The notes beneath the pieces are model-generated. The model was not told the DNA's origin, made no database searches, and was given only the letters and a program-made list of their open reading frames with translations. Positions 28,632-37,265 of a stretch of DNA of 64,000 nt are shown here, in pieces. Where the stretch lies: positions 288,001-352,000 of the forward strand of contig CAVOXA010000014.1 of the NCBI GenBank assembly GCA_963700285.1, read 5' to 3'. This DNA comes from an uncultured Chloroflexia bacterium. Its GTDB lineage: Bacteria > Chloroflexota > Anaerolineae > JAAYZQ01. Positions within the stretch are counted from its first letter, which is position 1. Each line of letters opens with the position of its first letter. Made by a program: the position numbers and the translations under genes.

Positions 28632-28683
28632 TTGACAGCGACGACAGTTCGTGGTATCATGCGCTTGTCTACACAAGTAGACA
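28632..28683 (+). promoter_or_regulatory. sigma70 promoter plus a HutC-type GntR operator for the RLP operon
   Basis: TTGACA(28632)-N17-TATCAT(28655) with TG. Overlapping inverted repeats CTTGT-CTAC-ACAAG and TGTCTAC-ACAA-GTAGACA cover the predicted +1. Confidence 0.75.
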
Positions 28684-28693
28684 GGTACCGCCT

Positions 28694-29434
28694 ATGAAAC
28701 CAATCGACAAGTCAAATCCCATACCCTATTACCTGCAGCTTGCAGAGATGCTGCGGGAGGAGATCGGCGCCGAGCAGTCTCCCGGCATGCCCTACCAGCT
28801 CCCCTCAGAGAACGAACTGGCCTCACTGCAGGGCATCACGCGGGCCACCGTCCGCCGCGCCCTGGACGTGCTGGAGCGGGACGGCTGGATCTACCGGGAG
28901 AAGGGCGTCGGTTCTTTTGCCGCGGTCCGCCGGGTTGAGCACGAGCTGACTCAGTTGGTGTCAACCACCCAGGATATGCGCGAGCGCGGCTGGTCGCTGA
29001 CCACCAGGCTGGTTTCCCTGAAACAGGTGCCGGCTTCGCCTCAAGTCGCCAACGCACTTGAGATTCCAGAGGGAGCCCCATGCCACAAGTTATGTCGCCT
29101 TCGTTTGGTCGACGGCGAGCCCATCAGCGTCCAGACGCCCTACCTGGCGGTGGCGCTGTGCCCGGACCTGGCGGATCATGACCTGACCAGCTCCCTGTAC
29201 CGGCTGCTGGAGACCCGCTACGGGCTGCGCCTGTGGACGGGTAGGGAGATCCTACGGGCGCGGTGCGCACTGTCCCACGAGGAGGAACTGCTGGGGCTGG
29301 AGACCTGCGCGGCCGTCATGTACATGGAGCGCGTGACCTACGCCGCCAGCGGTCAGGCGGTCGAATACCTGGAAGCTGTGTGGCGCGGGGACCGCTATGA
29401 TTTCACCGTATCCCTTTCGCGACCCCAGACATAA
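28694..29434 (+). CDS. GntR-family (HutC/UTRA) transcriptional regulator
   Basis: PYYLQL...LPSENELA...ITRATVRRAL...KGVGSF winged HTH plus a UTRA domain (VEYLEAVWRGDRY). Start moved to MKPIDK, downstream of the promoter. Confidence 0.92.
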   Translation: MKPIDKSNPIPYYLQLAEMLREEIGAEQSPGMPYQLPSENELASLQGITRATVRRALDVLERDGWIYREKGVGSFAAVRRVEHELTQLVSTTQDMRERGWSLTTRLVSLKQVPASPQVANALEIPEGAPCHKLCRLRLVDGEPISVQTPYLAVALCPDLADHDLTSSLYRLLETRYGLRLWTGREILRARCALSHEEELLGLETCAAVMYMERVTYAASGQAVEYLEAVWRGDRYDFTVSLSRPQT

Positions 29435-29446
29435 GGAGGAAGAAAG

Positions 29447-30434
29447 ATGGCAAGAGAACTACGCTTTTCGGCGAACATCAATACCTTCAACGCCTGCGCC
29501 GACCGCTACGTCCTTTCGGGCTATGGCGAGCGGCTGACCAGCGAGGAGCTGATCGAGGCCGCCACGCAGGTCGAGGGGCTCACGGGCGTCGAGGTGGTCG
29601 GCTTCTGGCACGTCAACGACGACAACGTCGACCAGGTCCACCGCCAGATCAAGGACGCCGGCCTGGAGGTGACCTGCGTCACGCCCGACATCTGGGCCTC
29701 GGGCAAGTGGGGCTGGGGCTCGTTCTCGGCCAACGACCCCCAGATCCGCCGCGACGCCATCCACGAGGTCAAAAAGTCGATGGAGTGGGCCAAGCAGATG
29801 GACTGCGAGGTCGTGGACCTGTGGTTCGGCCAGGATGGCTACGACTATCCGCTCCAGGCCGACTATCTGGCCGCCTGGGACCGCATCATCGAGGGCACCA
29901 TCGAGTGCGCCGAGCACCTGCCCGAGGTCAAGCTGGTCATCGAGTACAAACCCAAGGAGCCGCGCACCCACTGCTTTCATCGGCACCGTGGGCAAGACCC
30001 TGCTGCTGGTCGAAAAGGTGAACAAGCCCAACGTGGGGGCCATGATCGACGTCGGCCACGCGCTGATGGCCTACGAAACCGCCGCCGAATCGGCCGCGCA
30101 TGCTGCAGTACTTTGGACAACAAGCTCTTCTACATGCACTTTAACGACAACTGGCGGCATGTGGGACGACGACATGACCGTCGGCTCGGTCCACACCGTC
30201 GAGATGCTGGAGCTGCTCTACTGGCTGGACCGGATGGACTACGACGGCTGGTACGCGCTGGACATCTTTCCCTATCGCGAGAACGGCGTCCGGGCCGCCA
30301 CCGAGAGCATCCGCTGGATCCAGGGGCTGCACGGACTGCTGGACAAGATTGGGCGCGAGCGCATCGGCGAGGTCGTGGCCAGCGGCGACGCGATGGAGGC
30401 TTCGGCCATGGTGCGGGAGGCACTGTTGGGGTAG
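29447..30434 (+). CDS. Xylose-isomerase-like TIM-barrel sugar isomerase (frameshifted in this sequence)
   Basis: Motifs WFGQDGYDY, EYKPKEPR, DVGH, HFND, WDDD and LDIFP are split over two frames (indels near 29976, 30100-30115 and 30158). AAGGAGG RBS. Confidence 0.85.
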
Positions 30435-30439
30435 GGCCG

Positions 30440-30570
30440 TGGTACGTGGTACGTATTGTATGGTGCGTGTTGCGTGGTGCGTAGTGCGTACGGTTTTACA
30501 CCGGTCACGTAACACGCAGTACATTTCACCCATCACCTGTCACACAGCACGACTCACAATTCACGAATTA
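30440..30570. repeat. Degenerate heptamer tandem repeats in inverted arrangement (intergenic)
   Basis: Units CGTGGTA, CGTGTTG, CGTGGTG and CGTAGTG are followed by CACGTAA, CACGCAG and other TCAC-containing units. Confidence 0.6.
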
Positions 30571-30598
30571 CTTTGGACACCTGACACTGGAGGTCACA

Positions 30599-31946
30599 AT
30601 GGCAAAAGAACTGTACGATCCGCACATGTTCAACTATATGTGGGAGAGCCTGGACCAGGACCGCTTCGTCGTCGGCACCTACTATATCGAGGACAACAAG
30701 CCCGAGTGGGACTTCATCGACCACCTGGCCCAGGTCCAGAGGCTGGCCTTCGAAGGGTCCACAGCCAGCTGGATGGAGGTCAAGGAAGAGACACCCGAGG
30801 TGCGCGAGCGCTTGAGCAGCAAGGTGCTGGGCTACTATGAGATCCCGGCCCCCAAGGGCACAAAAAAGGCCATCGTCCAACTGGCCTTTCCCATCGCCGC
30901 CTGGGAAGCGAATGTCAACCTGCCCATGCTGCTCCTTTCCATCTCGGGCAACATCTTTGCCTTCTGCGACAAGGTGCGCCTGATGGACGTGTACATCCCC
31001 AAGTCGGTGGCAGCCAAGTTCAATGGACCCAAGTTCGGCATCGAGGGCATGCGCGACCTGTTGAATGTCCACGACCGTCCGCTGTGTTTGCAGATCATCA
31101 AGCCCAAGATGGGCATGACGCCCGAGGAGACGGCGGCCCAGGTCTACCAGAGCGCGCTGGGCGGCGCCGACCTGTGCAAGGACGACGAGATGTGCAGCGA
31201 GCTGGACAATTGCTCCTTCGATGACCGGCTCGAGGCGGTGCTGAAGGCGCTGGACAAGGCCGAACAGGAGACCGGGCGAAAAGACGATCTACCTGGTCAG
31301 CATCACCGACGAGTCCAACCGGGTGCACGCCAAGGCGCTGCGCGCCGTTCGGGCAGGGGCAACCGGGCTGCTGCTGGCCTATTCCGCCGGACTGTCGACC
31401 CTGAAGGAGCTGGCCGACGATCCCGAGATCAACGTGCCCATCATGCTGCACCCATCGCACATGCTGGGCATGATCGAGACCTTTAGCTGGGTGACGCTGT
31501 CCAAGCTGTGCCGTCTGAGCGGAGCCGATCTGATGCTGTCGCCCTCTCTGTGGTCCAGCCTTCAGACCTGTTCCATCGAGGAAGAACTGCGAACCTCGCA
31601 GACGCTGCGCGCGCCGTTCCACAACATCAAGCGCACCTGGCCCATGCCATCGGCGGGCATGTATCCCGGCCTGGCTGACGTGCTGATCCAGGAGCATGGC
31701 ATCGACTTTATCGTGCCGGCAGGCGGCGGCATGCTGGGTCATCCCATGGGCTACAAGGCCGGGGCCATGGCCTGGCGGCAGGCCTTCGACGCCGTGCTGT
31801 CGGGCATGACCCTGCAGGAGGCCGCGCAGCAGTACCCCGAGTTCCGCGCCGCGGCCGAAACGTGGGGCATCCGCGAGCGACCCAAGACGCCATGGTCCTA
31901 CCACAGCCCGGACTTCCACCCCAAGTTTGCGGCCAAAAATCTGTAA
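30599..31946 (+). CDS. RuBisCO-like protein (form IV RLP), ~448 aa; one extra A at 31279-31282
   Basis: Motifs EGSTASW, GN, GPKFG, IIKPKMG, GGADLCKDDE, HPS, RLSGAD, PSAG and AGGGMLGHP.G..AGA.AWRQA. Removing one A gives GRKTIYLVSITD and joins the two ORFs. Confidence 0.92.
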
Positions 31947-32067
31947 TTGGGCTTAGGTGGGCTGGGAACTCGGGCAACCCACGCCAGCAGGCGGGCCACA
32001 GCGGTACCAGCCTTGGCCTGGCGCCTGATTCCCAACCTGCCCGCAGCTGATAGGGGAGGACAGAGCC

Positions 32068-33064
32068 GTGCCTAGTTCCAAAAGACCGCTGCTGGACATG
32101 TACCGTACCATGCTCACCATCCGCCGCTTCGAGGAGCGGTGCAACTACCTCTACATGCAGGGGCGGATCCCTTCGACGCTGCACCTCTACATTGGCCAGG
32201 AGGCGGTGGCCACGGGGGTCTGCGCCAACCTGCGATGCGACGACTACCTGTTGAGCACGCACCGGCCCCACGGCCACGCCATCGCCAAGGGGGTAGCGCC
32301 GCGGGCCATCATGGCCGAGCTGTTGGCCAAGACCACGGGCTGCTGCCAGGCCAAGGGCGGCTCGATGCACGTCGGCGACGTCAATGTGGGCATGTTCCCG
32401 GCCATCGCCATCGTCGGCGGCAACGCACCCATCGCCGCCGGGACCGCCCTGGCCGCCAAGTGGCTCGACGCCGACCGGGTGACGGTCTGCTTCTTTGGCG
32501 ACGGCGCGGCCAACGAGGGCGCCGTACACGAGGCGATGAACATGGCCGCCATCTGGGACCTACCGGTGGTCTATGTCTGCGAGAACAACCTGTACGCTGC
32601 CTCGACGCCGGTTTCGACGACCTTCAAGATCGAGGACATCGCCGACCGGGCGGCTGCCTACGGCATGCCGGGAGTGATCGTCGATGGCAACGACGTGGAG
32701 GCGGTCTACGAGGTTGCCGGGGAAGCCATCGCCCGCGCCCGACGCCGCGAGGGGCCGACGCTGGTCGAAGCCAAGACCTACCGCCAGTGCGGGCACTCGC
32801 GCAGCGATCCACGCACCTATCGCTCCCAAGAGGAGGAGGCGCTGTGGGAGGCGCGGGACCCCATCCCCAGGCTGGCAGCGCGCCTCAAGGTGCTTGGAAC
32901 TGGCCAGCGACGAGTGGCTGGCGGCGGTCGAGCAAGAGGTGGAAACGGTGGTAGACGAGGCTGTAGCCTTTGCGGAGACCAGCCCGTCGCCGGAGCCGGA
33001 GGACGCGCTCAAGCACGTCTTCTGGTCCCAGGCGCCGGATCTGGCGGAGGTGTCCCATGGCTAG
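32068..33064 (+). CDS. TPP-dependent dehydrogenase E1 alpha subunit (acetoin/pyruvate dehydrogenase family); indel near 32895
   Basis: HLYIGQEA, THRPHGH, GKGGSMH-like, the TPP motif GDGAANEG...ENN, and TYR..GHS.SDP..YR. Confidence 0.9.
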
Positions 33065-34072
33065 AATGAGCATCGCCGAAGCCCTGCGCCAGGCCATCCG
33101 CGAGGAGATGCGCCGCGACCCCCGCGTATTCTGTATCGGCGAGGACATTGGCATCCAGGGTGGTTTCGGCGGCGCCTTCACGGTCACGCTGGGGCTGTCC
33201 GACGAGTTTGGCCACGAACGCATCCTGGACACGCCCATCTCCGAGGCCGGCCTCAGCGGGGTGGCCATCGGCGCGGCCATGGCCGGGCTGCGCCCTATCG
33301 CCGACGTGCAGTACGGCGATTTCCTGTTCTGCGCCATGGACCAGATCGCCAACCAGGCGGCCAAGATGACCTACATGTCGGGCGGCACGGTCAAGGTGCC
33401 CATGGTCATGCGCGTGCCGGTGGGCGCCACCCGCCGGGGCGCGCAGCACGCCCAGAGCCTGGAGGCTTTTTTCACCCACATTCCGGGGCTCAAGGTCGTG
33501 GCCCCGGCTACAGCCTACGACGCCAAGGGATTGCTCAAGAGCGCGGTACGCGACGACAACCCGGTGCTGGTCTTCGAGCACAAGCTGCTCTACGGCAGCA
33601 AGGGCCCCCGCTCCGAGCCGGGCGCCCTCAGCCCCATCGGCGAGGTGCCCGACGAGGAGTACCTGGTGCCCATCGGCCAGGGCATCGTGCGCCGCGAGGG
33701 GCAGAGATGTGACCATCGTCGGCAAGCTGCTGACCATGTACCGCGCCCTGGAGGCGGCCGAAACGCTGGCCCAGGAAGGGATCGAGGCCGAGGTCATCGA
33801 TCCCGCGCACCCTGGTACCGCTGGACAAGGAGCTGATCCTGGCCTCGGTGCGCAAGACCGGGCGGCTGGTCGTCGTCGAGGAGGACAACCTGACCGGCGG
33901 CTGGGCGGCCGATATCGCCGCCATCGTCGCCGACGAGGCCTTCTTCTGGCTCGACGCGCCCATCAAGCGCGTATCGGCGCCCGACACACCGGCGCCCTTT
34001 GCCCCGGTGATGGAACAATTCTACGTGCCCAGCACCCAGCGAGTCGTTGATGCCGTGCGTTCTCTCTTCTAG
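33057..34072 (+). CDS. TPP-dependent dehydrogenase E1 beta subunit; indels near 33700 and 33805
   Basis: [39 protein letters not shown] and [12 protein letters not shown]. Overlaps the end of the alpha gene. Confidence 0.9.
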
Positions 34073-34104
34073 GGGGCACCGCCGGCGCCAGTACGCATCC
34101 ACTC

Positions 34105-34161
34105 GGGAGTCCCGAGCTTGCTCGGGCCGAAGGTATCCCCCCCGGCAAGCTGGGGACTCCC
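34105..34161. terminator. Long inverted repeat between convergent genes
   Basis: GGGAGTCCCGAGCTTGC...GCAAGCTGGGGACTCCC. Confidence 0.65.
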
Positions 34162-34165
34162 AGAG

Positions 34166-35605
34166 CTACAACCCAAGCCGGGAAGCCACGTACGGATTCA
34201 GGAACAGGGGCTGGACCAGCTCTGAGAACTTGGTCAGCCCGTGATTTTCAGCCACAAACTGAGGATCCATGAAATTGATCTTGCCCCAGTGGGCCTTGAA
34301 GGGAATCCCCTCCCGGACAAAGTGATCCCACAGACCCTGAAGGTGGGTACCGATCAGCGCCTTTTCTTCCATCGTCTCGCAGATATCGGTCAGGTACATG
34401 AAGTTGAGCTTTACGATGTAATCGAGGCCTTCCCAATTCCAGGGGGACATGAGATAGTTGTCCGTCTTGGAAAGCTCAATCTCGGTAGGGATGTTGGGCC
34501 AGCCATGTCTTTGGAAATAGGCTTCGCACTGGGCCAGGATCGCGTCCAGGTCCTGGGGCCTGAAGGACCACTCAGCCATGGCCACATGCAGCGGCGCCCG
34601 TCTGTCTACCGGCAGCATGTTACGCAACGGACCGGTGACATTGACCTTGTTCAGGTTGTAGAAGGCTGTCAGCAACTGGTAGACGACCTGCATGGTGCCG
34701 TCCAGCAGCGGGCCGGCGGATCCCCGGCGGATCCTGTCCCAAAGCATAAAGAGAAAGCTGAGTACACTCTCGGCTTCGTCGGGATCATAGTCACCCTCGG
34801 GCTTCGCTTGGTTCTTGGGGATCTGCTTCGCTGCCCACAGCAGCGCCTTGTCAGAATCTGGCATCCAGTTGACTCGCCAGAAATCATACTTTTCGGAGGT
34901 GGCCTCCAGGTCGCCCAACGCCTCTTCCATGGAGATCATTTTCATCGTCACCGCGAAAAAGAGCTCGTCGACAACCCTAAATTGTATTCTGGTGATGATG
35001 CCGATGGCACCGAGAGAGCATACCACCGCCGCAAAGGCTGGATCGGACCTTGCGACGCGGTGCTCCACCACCGATCCGGATGCCGGATCGACAGTAATAT
35101 ACTCGACCCAGTTTACCAGGTCATAGATTCCCTGTTTTGGTGAGGCCGGTGCGGTACTGGTCGACATGATGCCGGCCAGCGTCTGTGCGTTGGTGCCTCC
35201 GAGAGCGCCCAGCGACTTGCCGCGTTTGCCCAACTCCCCAAAGAACTCGTGGAGCGTCCAGTTTGCAGTAGCCGTCACCACCGAGTCGTCGTCCAAGTAT
35301 TCGATGGTTTTGGGCAAGCCGCCGACGTCGATGACGGCATCCGATACACAGATCTCGGAGCAAGAGTGGAGACTCCCCAGAACTCGGATGGAATCCACCC
35401 CGACGGTGCCATGCGCAACACCGGCCAAGAACCCTTTGAGCTCCTCTGTGGTTCGCGGCTTGTAGTACAAGCGCGGGCTGAACGAAACGAAATCAGACCA
35501 GTCACGGATGATAGGACCCACTTCCTCCTCTTCCATCGGGCCCCGTGTAGCCAGGGCGCGAGGAGCTAGCAATTGACCGGACAACAATCGATAGCTCTCA
35601 CTCAT
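34166..35605 (-). CDS. FAD-linked oxidoreductase, aldonolactone oxidase (ALO/GulLO)-like family
   Basis: G.LHSCS FAD-binding His motif, QTLAG..ST, SLGAIGII and C-terminal HWGK. Start MSESY has a GGAGG RBS; TGTTATAAT lies at about 35682-35690. Confidence 0.8.
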   Translation of the reverse strand: MSESYRLLSGQLLAPRALATRGPMEEEEVGPIIRDWSDFVSFSPRLYYKPRTTEELKGFLAGVAHGTVGVDSIRVLGSLHSCSEICVSDAVIDVGGLPKTIEYLDDDSVVTATANWTLHEFFGELGKRGKSLGALGGTNAQTLAGIMSTSTAPASPKQGIYDLVNWVEYITVDPASGSVVEHRVARSDPAFAAVVCSLGAIGIITRIQFRVVDELFFAVTMKMISMEEALGDLEATSEKYDFWRVNWMPDSDKALLWAAKQIPKNQAKPEGDYDPDEAESVLSFLFMLWDRIRRGSAGPLLDGTMQVVYQLLTAFYNLNKVNVTGPLRNMLPVDRRAPLHVAMAEWSFRPQDLDAILAQCEAYFQRHGWPNIPTEIELSKTDNYLMSPWNWEGLDYIVKLNFMYLTDICETMEEKALIGTHLQGLWDHFVREGIPFKAHWGKINFMDPQFVAENHGLTKFSELVQPLFLNPYVASRLGL

Positions 35606-36154
35606 AGCATCTACCCTCCAGTCACAGATTGGTTGTTGGTCCTGTTCCACCTTGGAGTAGGGGCATCATTGCAGGGGCAGCATTATAACACAGTTTCCAA
35701 CTTTAGGCCAGTTGGGTACGATCTGCCAACAGGGTACCATAGGATCCGTCGTGGTTGGCCTGCGGATGAAGCTCTCAACGGCGCCCTCAAAGACCTCGCC
35801 TGGGTAAGGCGGGTTGACGCAGGCAATCTGGATGGCCAAGGGCCAGCATCAGGATCCAAGACCGGAGCGGAATCCGCAAGGCATCTTGTCGTTCAGGCGC
35901 GCCAGCGTCCATCTTTTCGATACACCTGGCATGGACCCCAATACGTGTCCAAGGCTGGCATCAGTGGGCGCTAGAATGCCAGCCTCCCAATAGAGAAATC
36001 GGTGAACATCAGTGTGGCCAAAATGGCGCGGGCCAGGATGATGACGGGCAAGCCTATGCCCAGCAGCCAACTGGGAAGTTGGCCGCTGCCGATCAGCTCC
36101 GAGACACGGAGCCGGGTACCATTAGGGATAGGGGTCTTTCTGCGTCGGAAACTG

Positions 36155-36206
36155 AAAAAGCCCCCTCGGCATCGTAGGTAGACACCGAGGAGGCTTCTGT
36201 ATCCTT
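36155..36206 (-). terminator. Intrinsic terminator
   Basis: Minus strand AAGCCTCCTCGG...CCGAGGGGGC followed by TTTTT, just after the stop at 36226. Confidence 0.75.
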
Positions 36207-36225
36207 GGACTGGTCGCTCGCCCCT

Positions 36226-36879
36226 TTACCCAGACGGTTCTATAGCGGTGCTATAGTTGTCCCACTCCTCGACCTCGTAGGCATTGCTGGCTTTGAACTG
36301 GACAAAGATACCGGCGCCGGCCACAACCAGGAAGAACACCAGCCACAGGAACGAATTCTCGATGGCCATTCGTACGGGGTTTTCCATCAGCGCCAACGGC
36401 GGCAGGTCGGCGAATGCCGCCAGCATGGTGTAGATGATCACGCTAGTGCCCGCGGCGGCGGTGATGATGATGACAGCCCATTTCTGGATGTTGAAGCGCA
36501 ACACGACGAGGGCCAGCGCCACACCGACGACGATGCCGATGAGCCAGACGAGAAAGCCCCCCTCCAGCCCAATCGCCCCCAAGATGCCGACCGCCAGCCC
36601 ATAGCCCGCGGCGCCGGCCAGCAGGGCCACGGCCAGAAAGTAGAACAGGTAGGACAGTACGGCAAAGATGGCCCCCACGATAAAGCCCACGATCCAACTG
36701 GTAATGGTGGCCAGGAAGCCGACGCCAAATAGCCACTGGAGCGTCTGCGCGCCCAGGGCAAAGCCAAAGAAGAAGCCAAAGATCGGGAGCACGATCCACA
36801 TCAACCTGTAGCCCATAAAGGCCATAACCAGGCCAAACAGGACCGCGATCAAGCCCATGCACATCAGTTGGAACGCCAT
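36226..36879 (-). CDS. Multi-pass membrane protein (DUF4203/TMEM198-like)
   Basis: About 7 hydrophobic segments, F.GYRL....LPIFGFFFG pattern; AAGGAGG RBS. Confidence 0.75.
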   Translation of the reverse strand: MAFQLMCMGLIAVLFGLVMAFMGYRLMWIVLPIFGFFFGFALGAQTLQWLFGVGFLATITSWIVGFIVGAIFAVLSYLFYFLAVALLAGAAGYGLAVGILGAIGLEGGFLVWLIGIVVGVALALVVLRFNIQKWAVIIITAAAGTSVIIYTMLAAFADLPPLALMENPVRMAIENSFLWLVFFLVVAGAGIFVQFKASNAYEVEEWDNYSTAIEPSG

Positions 36880-37181
36880 AATTCATCCTCCTTGTATTCA
36901 CTGATTCTATGATGGTTGCCCTTTGCTGCGATCGATCCTGACCTTAGAATGCGATTCGTCCCTCCTTTCTCGTGCTGCCGCCGAGGCCTCGTCTGGCATG
37001 AAATCGCCGGTCGGCAGACGGGGAAAGCCCGACCTCGAGCCGGCGGATGCCGCATCGCTGTCAGACCACAAAGACCGAAAAAACCAATTCCTGCTAAATG
37101 TAAAACCCCAAGCCAAGCCAAGGGTTACGCATCAGACTAGAGATCTATCTCAACAGGGATTCGTCGGGCATCCATAGAAAG

Positions 37182-37241
37182 CAACAGACCCCCGGAGTTC
37201 GTACGAGCCGACGGCTCGATCGAAACTCCGGGGGTCTGTTG
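37182..37241. repeat. REP-like palindrome / hairpin downstream of the GH63 gene
   Basis: Perfect 18-bp arms CAACAGACCCCCGGAGTT / AACTCCGGGGGTCTGTTG, with an inner CGAGCCG-A-CGGCTCG. Confidence 0.8.
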
Positions 37242-37265
37242 TGGGCATCGCGCCAAACGGCTGCG

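Noticed and set aside
30599-31946. Bona fide CO2-fixing RuBisCO (rbcL/cbbM)
   Set aside because: The R295, H327 and K334 equivalents are substituted, and there is no small subunit, PRK or other CBB gene; this is form IV.
35700-36110. Possible small membrane-protein gene or remnant, with a hairpin at 35952-35985
   Set aside because: Only short hydrophobic fragments are present, with no clear start, RBS or recognisable family.
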